Below are positions 37,401 to 50,369 of a stretch of DNA of 64,000 bases, piece after piece. Position numbers and translations under genes: made by a program. This DNA is from Lophium mytilinum (Eukaryota). Location of the stretch: NCBI GenBank assembly GCA_010093605.1, contig MU004198.1, forward strand, positions 560,726 to 624,725. The letters are read 5' to 3'. Under the pieces are notes generated by a model. That model ran no database searches and was not told the DNA's origin. It worked only from the letters and a program-made list of their open reading frames with translations. The first letter of the stretch is position 1. Each line of letters begins with the position of its first letter.

Positions 37401-40400
37401 ACGGAGTTGAAGAAGAGCCCAGTCTGCCGTCTATACTGAGCAGGTTGGATTACGAAAATAATGGTATCAAGAGCCTACTCTTTCGTGGCGCCCTCATGGA
37501 TAGCCAAATGCGGCAAACAAACTCCGTCGATCCAACGGACTCCCGTGGGATGATCAAGTCTTTCATCATACTCAACTTGAATAGTGTTACACACCATTTA
37601 CTATCGAACGAACAGTTTCACAACACGGGTCCAGAGGTAGTCAACAACACTCTGCATACAGCACGAAAGCTTGAGCAATGGGACATACGGGCGCCTCAGA
37701 CCAATCATTCGGAGGCCAGCACCATCTTCAAAGCTTTCCAGGGATTACATTATGCGTCCGACTCTGCCACTGCTCGCACGGCCCTCGATAGTCAGTTACT
37801 GGCAACAATAGGCAACCTGGTCGGACGTGAGAATTCTTCGGGTACTATGAAGGCTTCGCTTAGAACACTAGCTGTTCTCGCTGAAGTGGACGATTGTATC
37901 ACTGCATCAGACCCGGATCAGTTGACAGACGCGTGGTCGCAAATGCAATCTCGCCTAGGTTGGATGCAGAATGGCCAGTCAGTATTCTCATGCCTCCATG
38001 CTACATGCTGTGTGCTAATTCATTGCTAGGTTTGATGATGTTAGGATGATTATGTCTTGCCGAGAAACCCTTTTCAGTGTTCTCAGCAGCAATGCCCAGC
38101 TCCAAAGCTCGTTGCGTGTGACGCCAAGAGACATCCGCCATAAAGAGATTGCAGCCCTGCTTTCTTCCTCCGAAATAAGTAGAAAGCACGGCGCTTGGCA
38201 GGAATCTCTGGCAAGCGCTACCTACTTATCGTCTATCGTGCCTCAATGCACGTCTGTCGGGCTCAATATCGAGGCTCTTGCTGAGCACGAGGTTGCAAAT
38301 GTGCTCTGGGAGCAAGGAGAAACGGAGACGTCGATCCGCATCCGACAGAGACTATTGAGGAGGGGTGATCTGTCCGCACAGTCAGATACGCTATCAGTCT
38401 CGATCTTGCTTGTAAAGCTGGTAAGTTATACACCTTCTAAGCCTCTTGTCTCCTCTGCTCACTGCGTTAGGGACATCACATGGCCGAAGCTCGGCTGGAG
38501 AAGCCCGAAGTCATCATCAAGAATTACCTCAAGAGGGCTACAGCAGAGTTGAAAGGTGAACGTCATGGCTCTGAGCCCGGAAAAGTGTTTCACGAATTTG
38601 CGTCCTTTTGCGATAAGCAACTCCATGACCCCGACTCAATCGATGATCTGACGCGCATGAAGACGGCTATGGAACGTAAAAGTGAGGAAGTTGCAGAGTA
38701 CGAAAATTTAGCCAGATTGTCGAGGAATAGCAAGGATAAGGAGCGCTACAAGAAAGATGCGGGAAGATCGAAGAAATGGCAGGAGCTTGATAGCATTGAG
38801 TATGAGAAGTTGCGCACGAGTAGGGAGGATTCCCTACGACAGTGCTTAGAGAACTACCTGCTCGCGTTGCAGGCATGCGACAACTATGACCACGATGTAC
38901 TCCGCGTCTTCTCCCTCTGGCTTGAGTATGCGGAGATACCGCTTGCCAACGAAGCCGTCGGGCGTCACCTTCCAAACGTTCCCAGCGGCAAGTTTGCTGT
39001 GCTGATGAACCAGCTCTCCTCAAGATTGCAAGCCGAAGACACCGAGTTTCAGGCTCTCCTGGCAGGACTCGTATTTCGATTGTGCGCCGACCACCCTTAC
39101 CACGGAATGCATCAAATCTATGCAGGCGCTATGCCGTCTCCGAACAAAGATGATGCAACCAGATTAAGAATAGCAGCCGCGAAGAATATTTCTGGGATGC
39201 TCAAAAATGACTCGAAGGCAAGTGTATACTGGTCACCCCTTGAGGAATCCAACAACTTGTACCATGAACTCGCCATGGCCAAGACAGAAGCGGATAAAAG
39301 GGTTGGGAGGGAGCAATATCTGGAAAAGCATCCACAAGGGAGAAAGCTTATGCAAAGAATTCCTGGACTCAAAGTGCCTCCTGCAACAATATCATTGGAT
39401 ATTCGGCCCAATTGCGACTACAGCGATGTGCCCAAAATTACGAAGTTCAGAAACCAGATATCAATAGCAAATGGATTGAGCGCTCCAAAGATTGTCACGG
39501 CCTTTGCATCTGATGGCAAACCCTACAAACAACTAGTAAGTCACTTATCAGAGTCCGTGGCCACTAATACTAACAAGCGACAGTTCAAATCCGGCAATGA
39601 TGATCTTCGACAGGATGCAATCATGGAGCAGGTTTTCGAGCAAACTTCGGGAGTTCTAAAAAATCACCCAGCGACTCGTACTCGCAACTTACACATCCGC
39701 ACCTACAAAGTGGTCCCGCTATCTCCACGATCAGGACTCATGGAGTTTGTACCGAACACTATGGCTCTGCATACGTATCTGATACCTGCACATGAGAAAT
39801 ACTATCCCAAGGACCTGAAAAACGACGCGTGTCGAAGAGCAATTGCGGATGTCAGCACCGAGTCGAACGCAGTCAGAGTAAGGAAATACAAGGAAGTGAC
39901 GCAACGCTTCAACCCGGTGATGCGATATTTCTTTCTGGAACGCTTCGAGGACCCGGATGATTGGTTCGAGAAGCGACTTGCATACACTCGATCCACAGCC
40001 GCTATCTCAATACTTGGCCATGTTCTTGGGCTCGGAGATCGGCATTGCCACAATATTCTGCTGGACGAGCAGAGTGGAGAAGTGGTACATATTGATCTCG
40101 GTATTGCGTTCGAGGCAGGCCGTGTTTTGCCTGTGCCAGAGGTCGTCCCGTTTCGCCTCACACGAGATCTGATAGACGGCATGGGCTATACCAAGACCGA
40201 GGGTGTGTTCCGAAGGTGCTGTGAATTCACCCTGGATGCGTTGCGTGAAGAACGCGAGGGTATCATGACGCTGCTCAATGTACTCCGCTATGACCCACTT
40301 GTCAACTGGTCCTTGTCGGTCTCCAAAGCGAAACGCTTGCAAGACGGTCAGGGTGAGGGTAGAGACGCTATGAGAGAGTCCCGGGCGTCAACGCTGGCCC

Positions 40401-40658
40401 CCGGTGGAGATGAGCTTGTTGTGGACCAAAGCAGCAAGAAGGAAGACGATACAGGCGAAGCGGGTCGTGCGCTGTCGGTCGTGGAGAAGAAGCTCTCGAA
40501 GACGTTGAGTACGGCCGCGACAGTCAATGAGCTCATCCAGCAGGCAACCGATGAGCGCAATCTGGCTGTTCTTTTCTGTGGTAAGTTGACTCAACCAGAA
40601 CGAAGATACCTGTACTTTTGCTAATCCACGATTCACAGGTTGGAGTGCGTACGTGTAG
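31464..40658 (+). CDS. TEL1: Serine/threonine kinase Tel1/ATM (PIKK family), about 8 exons
   Basis: FAT region; kinase domain with NGLSAPK, KQL|FKSGNDDLRQDAIMEQVF, LGLGDRHCHNILLD and HIDLG; FATC ending ...NELIQQATDERNLAVLFC|GWSAYV*. Introns near 31510, 33014, 33410, 37978, 38421, 39536 and 40581. Start ATG at 31464 or 31476. Confidence 0.95.
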
Positions 40659-41103
40659 GCACTGATGTTGGAAAACCCTCGACGTGAGCTCTGCCATACA
40701 AAAATCGCCTTCTAATTTTCATAAAGCCTTCGCATCCTCGTAAAAGCCCTCCGACTTTCGATGACTTTACATATTAGGCGTTATAGCGGGCGTACGGAAA
40801 TGAATTATTCCAGTTTACTATGGTTGCATCTGGAGCGATTGATCACATGCGTGCGGTCTGTTCACTATTCTGGAGTTCTTCTAAATATGTAGCGGAGTCA
40901 TGAGCTCTAAATCGTGGTATCTGAACAGTAAGAAAATCGTACACTAAACGAAGGCGCGGCGTTTCTAAACCAAGCAGTCAACAGCCGTGATGGCTATATG
41001 CAATCGCAAATTCCGCGCAAGAAAACATGACATCATGTGCCCGGTAACGCGATCAAGTGTCTCCAAAGCTCGCTTTCTAGCAAACGCCAAGCTAGTAATC
41101 GTT

Positions 41104-42590
41104 TTATGACCTTGTACTAGTCACGTCGATCTCCACTGTCCGCACGATATCGCCCTTTTCCACATCGTTTTGCTCCCTTCCCTGCCCCACCCGGGTTCGG
41201 TGGCCATACGGTGCCAGCTCGAGCGGTCCATCGCGCAGCTCCAGCGTGGTCGATTTTCCGTCGGGCACAATGGCCTCTTGGCTTCCATCTCTTCTCTCGA
41301 TTCCCAAGCCGCTATCGTTTTCGCTGATACTGCCTCCGCGGCTGCCAAGCGGGTAGCTGGCGTGCGGTTTGCTGCCTTTGTACATCCGATACTGGGACAA
41401 TTTGGTGCCGTTTCCGGTGTGCGAGCCAGAGATGCCGCCAGGGGTGCGGCGAGAGCCGCGGGAACCGGACCAGGTGTCGAGGCGGAAGAGAGATTTGAGC
41501 AGGGGCCAAAGGAGCGGGACGTTGGCAATGTAGACGGCGGTGGAGGCTTCGCCAATGTACCAGTTTAGGAAGATGGGCGAGTAGGGCTGGGTGAAGTTGT
41601 AGTAGCGGTTGAGGATTGCGGTTAGGACCTGTGAGCAAGGTGTTAGTGAGATGTCGTACATAGAGCGATTGTGAAGAAGTGATACTTACAACGAAGAGTC
41701 CAAGGCTGAATACGCTGTAGAGGATGATCTTCCGTTTAAGTGGGAGTTGGGTCTTTGCGATGAGGGGAATAGGAATACACAGCATTATTAGATCCGAGGA
41801 GACGTTGAAGACAGTGGAGGTTATGAGGTGGTTATAGTAGGTGGCACATTGAGCTTGAAAAAGGATTGGTTAGTCAGAGCCAATGGCGGGGTGTTCGTGC
41901 GGAAAGACTCACGGTATTTGACAGGAACTCTCCAGTACTCCGTGATAGGATGGCACCAGACCCCAAGGTACAATATTTGTGTGAGAACGTAACCAAAGAC
42001 GCAGTAGCCGGCGACCCACTTCACAATGAGATGTTCCCTTGGGAGGCCGTTTCTGACGACTAGTTTAGTATGGCCTCCGATGCACGTAGTCTGTACGTTG
42101 GGCTTGCAGTCACTTACGTCAACCGATTGTACATGAACAACAGGCAGGCTTTGACCAGCCATGTTGTCGACAATTGGAACTCCTCCAGCGCAAGAGTCAT
42201 CTTGCTACCCCATATCGCATTCTTGACACCTTGTGGCGATAATGACTCGGCCACTCCAGGAGGCAGGTAATTGCTCCCATTCTGCATCACTTGGTTCACG
42301 GATATGACATCGCCAGTGTATGTGATCTAGCGCGAAGGTTTAGCATTCAGAGAATGTCCAAGTCCATCTGGGAATCTGCGTACGACAATGAAGGCCATGA
42401 TCCAATCATCAGCCTGGAACTTGGAGAAGCCGCCAAGAGCCATTCGACGAGAAACCCTGAACGGTGTCAGTGAGGCTTGACGCGATAATTAGAGTTTCGG
42501 GATAGCGAACATTCGCAGGGCGATCAGTATGATACCCACAGCATACAGCGTCCATGATTCAATAGCCAGAACCTTGATCGGATCAGTCAT
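41104..42590 (-). CDS. Pth11-like (fungal rhodopsin-domain, no CFEM) integral membrane protein, multi-exon
   Basis: MTDPIKVLAIESWTLYAVGIILIALR, WLVKACLLFMYNRLT, WCHPITEYW, DLIMLCIPIPLIAKTQLPLKRK...FSLGLFV and WYIGEASTAVYIANVP are all typical of the family. Confidence 0.85.
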
Positions 42591-44003
42591 TTTGAAGGGA
42601 TGTACGTGAGCACAGCATACACTATGGTACGAAATAAATGAAAGACGGTTCAAAGAGTGGACGAAACTCGCTCAGGGGCCCCAGCTTAATATCATCGATC
42701 TGGGAGATCAATAGGTTGCCAGATAAGAAAAGCATTAATCAGGGGCACTCGATTTATGAGTGGGTAACGTGCACAAAGACGGTATATGGCACATCATGTG
42801 GATCAGATAGACCCCGTTAGCGAGTAGACGCGGTACGGAGAGGGGGAACTTCTGGGGAAAAAACATGCAGCAAGTAAAACCATGCTTATTTTGGGATCAG
42901 CTAACTACATCCCACGGCGGGGGCGTACTATTGACTAGGAGCTGTCAGTCTCGACCCAGACGACGGGCGCGCCGGTCGGCACGAGTCGACGACAGCTGTG
43001 CACTACGAGGTGCGACTCCGGACGGGGGGGATTAGTATGGCGCTACGATGGTACGATGCAGGGGCGCTGATACCAAGGGCAAAGCAGGCGCTCGAGCGAT
43101 CGGGGACCGAAGAGCCTACAACTTTGATTCGGCCCGGATATGTAGCACGATTCCGCCAAGGGCGACGCGGTATGGTGTTGAGGCTTGAGGCTTGCGCGCC
43201 GTGCCTGGCGTGGACCCTGTTCAGCATCCTTGCTTGGGAAGTGGCAGTTTATGGATTGCCAGATTGCTGATCCTAAAACATCCTATGCCACGAATACTCA
43301 TCCGCTCTGGGTTTGTATGCCCCTCCTAGCACCGCCTGAGCTCGTGTAGTACGGTAGTAGATTTTGGAATGAGTGTTGGAAAACGGCAGTTTTGACAAGC
43401 TTAATCGCTCTCGGGTCTTCAGCTCAGATAGACTCGGGATTAGATTGCCACTTATTCAAGCGAGCCTGGGTACGTACCTCTCATCGACCTAGATTCGCCT
43501 AGTCCTGCCGCGCCAGCATGCTTCTTCCCACTCAAGCACCCCTTAGCATGCGTCCAACCACACCCCTCGAAGGCTCCCAGCGGCACAGTGGCAGCGACAC
43601 CAGCGTGCCGCGGGAGCCTCTTCCATACGAGGCGCAGTGGGGAAGGCATGCGGCAGATTCTCTCACCCGGCCCACGCGTCATATTTCTGGTCGACATGTT
43701 GCTGGCGCTGCGACAACTCGTGCCGCCTCGTCCCCGGCAACCGACGAAGTCACAGCCAGGTTCAAGAGCTAGGACAAATGAGTCTCCGTGTGCGCCCGGT
43801 CGATAACCACGCCGCATCAGGGTGCTGTGCAGGAGCTTTAGGCCGTCTAGGACCTCATCGAACCATAAAAAGGTGACGTGAATCACGGCTGGTCCTTTAC
43901 AGCCGTCCGAGACTGTCGAAGAGGCATTTCATTCCTGTATCTTTATTAGAAAGCGTCTCTCGCCGCAATTGCATGCTTCAAGAGTCAAATTCACGCAATC
44001 GCC

Positions 44004-46324
44004 ATGGCCAACCCCTCCATCTCTGCCCTCGAGTTCTGCCAGCGGAAGTTTGACTATCTGATCGTCGGTGGCGGCACGGCTGGTCTCGTCGTCGCAGCAC
44101 GTCTGACCGAGCGTCCCGACATCACGGTAGGAGTCTTGGAAGCGGGACCTGCAGCTGTCGACGACCCAATCATCAAGGTCCCGGGTCGTTTTGGAGAAAG
44201 CCTAGGCACGGAATACGACTGGCAATTTGAGACAGTACCGCAGCCAGGTTTGAATGGTCGGCGCATTCCCTGGAACCGAGGACGGGTTCTCGGCGGGACA
44301 AGCGCGCTCAACTTTATGACTTGGAACAGAGGCAACCGCCAGGACTATGATGCATGGGAAGAGCTGGGGAACACGGGCTGGGGTTGGGATAGCCTTCTGT
44401 GAGTCCATCCAGCCCCGCGTTGCACTGCGCTCAGCCGTGCTCACGCTCAGTCAGCCCGTTCTTCAAGAAATCGGAGACCTTCGACGAGCCGTCTGCAGAG
44501 CATCAATCTCGTCACCATACCCAGTTCAAAAGCGAGTTTCATGGAAGCAATGGCCCCGTCCGGACTGTCCACTCCAAAGAGTACTCCATGCCTCACCAAT
44601 ATTGGCACGCAACTCTGGACCGCCTAAGCACTAGAACAAATACGAGCCATTTCTCGGGATCTAACCTCGGGGCATTCACCACCCTAACATCCGTAGATCC
44701 AGACACAAGAACGAGATGCTCTTCGGCAACTGCATACTACCTGCCCAACTCGTCGAGGGAAAACCTTGTGTTGCTTACTGAGGCTACTGTCCTAGAAATA
44801 AACATCGAAAAAGACGGCCGAGATGAATGGGCCGCGAAAGGGGTCAAATTCATCCACGCGGGCCAGGCGTTCGTCGCACATGCAGGCTGCGAAGTGATAC
44901 TCTGCGCAGGTAGCGTGCAGTCACCACAGTTGCTAGAGCTGTCGGGAGTCGGGAGCCCTGACGTCCTCGAGGCGGCTGGCATTCCTCTCAAAGTCTGCAA
45001 TCCGAACGTGGGGGAGAACCTCCAGGACCATATGAGTAAGACCCTCCACTCCATGCAGCGCCAACACAGTAGTCTATGTGCGTTTTCTCCGTGGCTGCGC
45101 GGGGTGCTTCGATAATCTCTCAGCTATCGCTGCGGGATGATTCGCATAACAAACCGAGCACGCTGGGCATGGAAAAGCGGCATACTCAGCCAGCATTCTC
45201 TCTCGTGCGGTCGCGTGTACACCTGTGTGCCACTGCCTCAAGTGCTTCATCAAGCTTCCGCATAGCACGGGCTATGAGTTTCAATCTCTTTTACTTTTTA
45301 AAAATGTGTCGAAGCACCGCAAGCAATGGCAGACAGGTGTACACAAGGCGAGTGTTCGAAAAACGAAGTCAAGACCCCGAACAGTTACAGAAGAAACACG
45401 CACATATTATTCTACGGCAATTGCGTTATGCCAGCACTTGCAGGCGATCTAACGGTATTTCTAGTGACGGCGATGATCTTCGAGATTGACCCCCGCATCA
45501 TCGGTCCCGACGAGTTACGCGCCGATCCAAAGCTGGCTGAGGCTGCTGATCTTACTTATGAGACGTCACAGTCTGGCGTACGTGCAATGTTGCCATGTGC
45601 CCTCAGCTACGTTCCCGTCTCACAAGTCATACCCTCCGCAACGATCGCGGGATTGGCGCGACGAGTATCGACGCCGAAGAGCAGTCTGCGAGATCGAGTC
45701 CTAGCCAAGCAGTTCGCTCCAGGCGTGCTTCGTGGGCAGGTGGAATATCTGTTCGATGTCGGAAACTGGAGTCAATATTTCAAGTCGGAGCCTGGTAAGG
45801 TTTACGGCACGATGCTAATGATGCTCCAACTTCCCTTCAGCCAGGGCTCCGTCCATATTCCGCCAAAGTCGGCCGCAGGGCCGCCCACAATGCTAACCAA
45901 GCCAGTCATTGACCCTCAGTACTATGGAGGAGAGGGCGGGGGGGTTGACTTTGACATCATGACGGCAGGGCAAAAGTTCGCCGCAAAGATCTGCTCCACT
46001 GCGCCGCTCTCGAACATCATCAAGTCTCGCGTCTTTCCACCTCAGCAAGGCGCTACTGCGGACGAAGAAGACTTCACAGACTTTGTAAGGAACTTTACTG
46101 CTTCCGACTGGCACCCTGTTGGCTCGTGTGGGATGGGCGGCTCGGCTGGTATCGCAGCCGGAGTAGTTGACGACAGACTGCGGGTGTATGGTGTCGGTGG
46201 CCTCAGAGTTGTCGACGCAAGCATCATGCCCTTGCAGATCTGCGCGCACGTCCAAGCGACTATCTATGCGATTGGGGAAAAGGGCTCGGCTATGATCTTG
46301 GAAGATCGGAGGGTCGGGGGATGA
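44004..46324 (+). CDS. Intracellular GMC oxidoreductase (AA3-like), 3 exons
   Basis: FDYLIVGGGTAGLVVAARL (FAD binding), GRVLGGTSALN, SPQLLELSGVG, VGENLQDH; catalytic DWHPVGSC and AHVQATIYAIGEK (His/His pair). No signal peptide. Introns at about 44399-44453 and 45036-45464. Confidence 0.95.
45052..45430 (+). other. Extended fold-back RNA structure filling GMC intron 2 (candidate introner-like element or cis-regulatory RNA)
   Basis: Nested complementary segments found by hand: 45075-45083/45398-45406, 45091-45097/45382-45388, 45100-45105/45374-45379, 45106-45111/45364-45369, 45155-45161/45352-45358, 45215-45236/45323-45344, 45242-45248/45311-45317. Confidence 0.7.
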
Positions 46325-47822
46325 TGGGCACATGCAACCAGGCTCCGTGGTGAGGATCCGGGCGTCGCTTCAAGATGGGACAATGGTAGTCGAAGATTTG
46401 TACACCCGCCTCGACCTGCCCACGAAGCTCCACCTTTGCTCCGTAATACTGCCTAGACACATAATCACAGAGCGCACACGCTATCCCGCGCCCTCTCCGC
46501 CTTCCGCAGCGCTATCCATCGGGAAGGTCGTATTCTGCGGCACTTATCTTTGCTTATTTACGGGCTTCTTGCCCGCTTTCGGCCAGGCCCACACGCGAAC
46601 CCACTGCGGCCAAGCTCCTGGTGGCTGATCTCGGGTCCCGCCTGAGCGGCACCGGCTCGCTCGCGCTTCCTCAGTGGGCCGGCCGAACCCTGAGAGGGGA
46701 CAGCGGGAGATATGCGTTTGGATGCGTCTTGGCATCAAGCTTGACAGGCACCAGACGGCTCAGGCTCTTAGCAAGTCTAGGTAGTCGCCGCACCGTGTTC
46801 CCCGCCGCGCCAGACCCGCCCGGAGCTGCGACGACGAGATTCCGGTGTACATACACAGTATGGCCGAGACGCAGCTACACAGTAACAGTGTCAGGACCGT
46901 CTCGCGACATGAGGAACGCTGTTATGTCCTAGATCTCGGGGTTAGAGGCCATTCTTGCCGATAGATCAGGACGAACGAGTCACGCAACCGGTCTAGATTT
47001 GTTGTTTCACAGTTTATGAGCTGACTTTTATCGAATAGCGAAGATACAGTACGACAGGCCATGGGTTCGATAAGACCTGCTGCGCTTCTATAGTCTGCTC
47101 GTCAAGGTACTGTACCTCGAGCATACTTACTCGCGGGCATGCTTTGAACTGCCATGGGTCGACACTTGGGATGCGCAAGCTCGCTAATCGCCACGTTCCC
47201 TCGCATGCCCTCTTCCCAAGTCCTCTCGATCACCGTAATCAACTGCATGGTTCTCCGCTTCTTTGCCTCCATGTTCTTCCATGTTGCACAAGAGAAGGCT
47301 TTTCATGCACATCTTGCCACAAGGAGCGATGTTCTCGTACCGACGAACAGACTACTCATTGCGGCTCCACGCGAGAGTGCGCCACCGGGAGAAGGACTGG
47401 TCGTCAACCCATCTGCATTTAGCACCTGCAGCGGCTCTAACTATGTCTCAGGCAAATAGAGTTTCCCGCGGCCCACTGCCGAATGGCCACTGAGACGAAG
47501 ACGGCCCCGGCACAGCGGTTGTGCTGCACGACGCCAGATCCGTAACGTGGGATGCACGATGGTTTCAGTGCTCCCCATGGCGGTACCTCTTGCCCTGGGC
47601 TGGCGCGCCACGTTATCTGTTTAGTCAAGGAATCCCAACGGTCTGGATGGCGTTTTGACTATCTCCCGCAGGAAGTGAGAGCCTCGCTTCGCCGCATACC
47701 GGCACCCATCCCATCCGTTTCTAGCTTTCTTCCAGGCTCCCCACTCCTCTCAGTCCCCAGACTACTTCTTTTGCTTCTCTACATCCTCCATAACCCTCCA
47801 AAGATCATTGAGGGTAGACAAG

Positions 47823-49929
47823 ATGGTGGACCAAACCGAGGTAGCCGAAGGAAGATTCATCCCTGGGACTGCTCTGCTCGTTGACGGTATGAACAGCCTT
47901 TCTCAACTCCACTAGCTGTGCTGCAATTCGCTCGAAGCATGCTCTAATCGCCGTCTTACTTGAGTCTAACGATGCATAGATGCCGGACAGGAAGTTGGAA
48001 AGCATGCGGGGGGGAAGCATACCGAGATCGTTTTGATCCCTCCGCCATCCGATGACCCCAATGATCCCTTGGTGAGTCGCCGCTGTGGATTCTGTGCGAT
48101 ATTCATGTCGCTAATGTCTGACCTATAGAACTGGTCTATGAACCGCAAGAGGTTGCAGCTTACGTTGATGTGCTTGTACACTTTCATTCTTAATGGCTTG
48201 TGAGTACGATGCAATCTGTAACAGCCCGTCCACCTACTAATAACTCCTAGTGTAAACTTTTACGGCGTGGCTTACGTCGGCTTGTCTACGGACCTCAAAA
48301 TATCCTTCAATGGATTGAACGTTGGGTAGGTTTACCCGCTCTAAGCACGATGCCAGTGAACTAACGTCAACGTCTAGGAGCGCGTTGCTATTTCTGTTCA
48401 GCGGCATTGGTGCTGCCTTTTGGCAGCCAGTGGCTATGAAATTTGGTCGACGACCGGTCTACATCATCGGACTGATCATCACCATGGTTGGTAGCATCGT
48501 TGGAGCTACGCAAAAGGATTTCAACATCTGGTGTGTCTTTAATGTCATATGGGTAAGTCGCACTTATATATCGACGTCTCTCGAACGCCACTGACAATTC
48601 CAAAGGGTCTTGGATGCGGCCCGAAAGAAGGACTACCCCAGATCTCCCTGCAAGACACATATTTCGCCCATGAGATGGGAGCCAAGGTTGGCTATTGGGC
48701 ACTATGCTATAGCGCTGGCGCTTTCATAACTGTAAGTTGCCCCAAACTCAACTCGCGATTCAAACTAACACTGCATAGCCACTAGTTGCAGGATATGTGT
48801 ACGTTCAGCTGAGCTGGCGCTGGTGTTTCTGGATCACCGCCATCGGAATGGTTAGTTACTTTCATTTATTCTCAGGCCTCGCCGATGAACGTCTCTGACC
48901 AATGCACAGGGCGCTCTTGCTATCCTTCTCTTCTTCACTTTGGAAGAAACCTTGTATCCTCGCACTTTCTCGACCGAGGGAGTTTCGCCATCTGTTTCAG
49001 GTGCTGGGTCGACCAGTGAGAAGTCTGATCCTGATGCCGTCAGCAGTGACGAGAAGGGCGCAGTCACTGTGTCCACTGCTCTACCTTCCCAGAAAAAGCT
49101 GAAGACTTTCTGGGAAGCACGTCCATTGCACGTGTACGGCATCAACCCCGGCCCATCCTGGCGTGACCTGTTCTTCCGGCCATGGATACTAGCAACCTTC
49201 CCCCCTGTCCTCTGGGCTGGCTTCTTTGCTGGTGTCTCGGTGTGCTGGTGGGCTGCCATATTCACGACACAGTCTGAGTTCTTCTCCGCTCCTCCGTACC
49301 TCTGGAGTGGGGAATCCGTCGGCCTCACGAATGCGGCTGCCCTTATCGGAAGCATTCTGGGCACGATCTTCGCTGGTAATATCAGCGATTGGTGGGTCCT
49401 GGGAGCTGCTCGCAGGAACAAAGGTGTCCGCGAGCCAGAGCAGCGCTTGTCTCTGCTGCTCGTGACCGCCATCATCACAGCCGGTGGGCTAAACATGTAT
49501 GGATACGGTGTGTGGCACGGAGTGCACTGGACATGCCCTGTATTTGGCATGGGCCTCATGGCCTTCGGCTTCACCGCCTGCTCCATCATTGCGGAGGTAA
49601 GAAAACCCATCTCCCCACTATCAAGATGCCATATTTCTAACTTTATTTAGACCTACGTTCTCGACTCCTACCGCGCCGTCGCCGCGGAAGCACTCGTACT
49701 GCTCAACATCTTCCGCAATCTGATCGGTATGACCTTCGTTTTCGCGATCCAGCCGTGGTTGGACCACTCAGGCTGGGGCAATGCGTATGTGCAGATGATG
49801 GCGCTGGCTATTATCACCCATCTGACTGTCATCCCAATGATGATGTACGGCAAGAAGCTGAGGGCGGGCACGTCGGAGAAGTATCTTAAGATGTTGGCGG
49901 ATAGTGGAATTCCTGTGACGTATGCGTAA
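47823..49929 (+). CDS. MFS transporter, DHA1/HOL1-like, many introns
   Basis: IPGTALL...IVLIPPPSDDPNDPL|NWS, KFGRRPVYI, DTYFAHEMG, LSWRWCFW, EETLYPR, RRNKGVREPEQRL, YVLDSYR and YGKKLR. Confidence 0.92.
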
Positions 49930-50149
49930 GAGACAATGCTATTCAGCACTGGGCTTTGAAAAAGATTTCAGTGAACTATAGTCAAGCGCATATTAGCGAT
50001 TACAGATATCAAGATTTCAGACATGAATAATAATAACACTTGTAGATCCAAGATCCTAATGCCACAACAAGTTAATCCCCTAGTAGAAAAGAGGAGTATA
50101 AGTTGATTATATCTCTAGGCGTTAGTATCTATACACTCCCTTCTTAGTA

Positions 50150-50302
50150 GTTGCACGGGACGAAACCGTGAGCGTTTGAACGTGATACAACGAACGTTAG
50201 ATAATGTTATAAGAACGTTAGAGAAACGTTTTACAATGCATTAAATGCTGTATATATACTCCGTTGCTGTCAATGTAGAATAGAACTGAAGCAATACAAT
50301 TC

Positions 50303-50338
<36 letters not shown>

Positions 50339-50369
50339 ATATTCTCCCATCAACTCTATACCTTTAACA
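50150..50369 (+). mobile_element. Short LTR-like fragment (possible solo LTR) nested in the relic
   Basis: TGTTA at 50205 and TAACA at 50365-50369 form terminal inverted ends. Also a TATATATA box and CAATACAA. It keeps CpA/TpG, unlike its flanks. No clear target-site duplication was seen. Confidence 0.45.
50303..50338. repeat. (CTAT)n microsatellite, about 9 units
   Basis: Seen directly. Confidence 0.95.

Noticed and set aside
45036..45464. GMC intron as a TPP riboswitch, group I intron, snoRNA, or RNase P/MRP/SRP RNA
   Set aside because: I could not find the TPP core (CUGAGA...CUGAU), group I P7 elements, proper C/D boxes or RNase P/MRP conserved regions. An Infernal search is needed to be sure.
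46332..47800. ORFs between the GMC and MFS genes
   Set aside because: Several overlapping short ORFs on both strands with no recognisable motifs; more likely terminator and promoter sequence.
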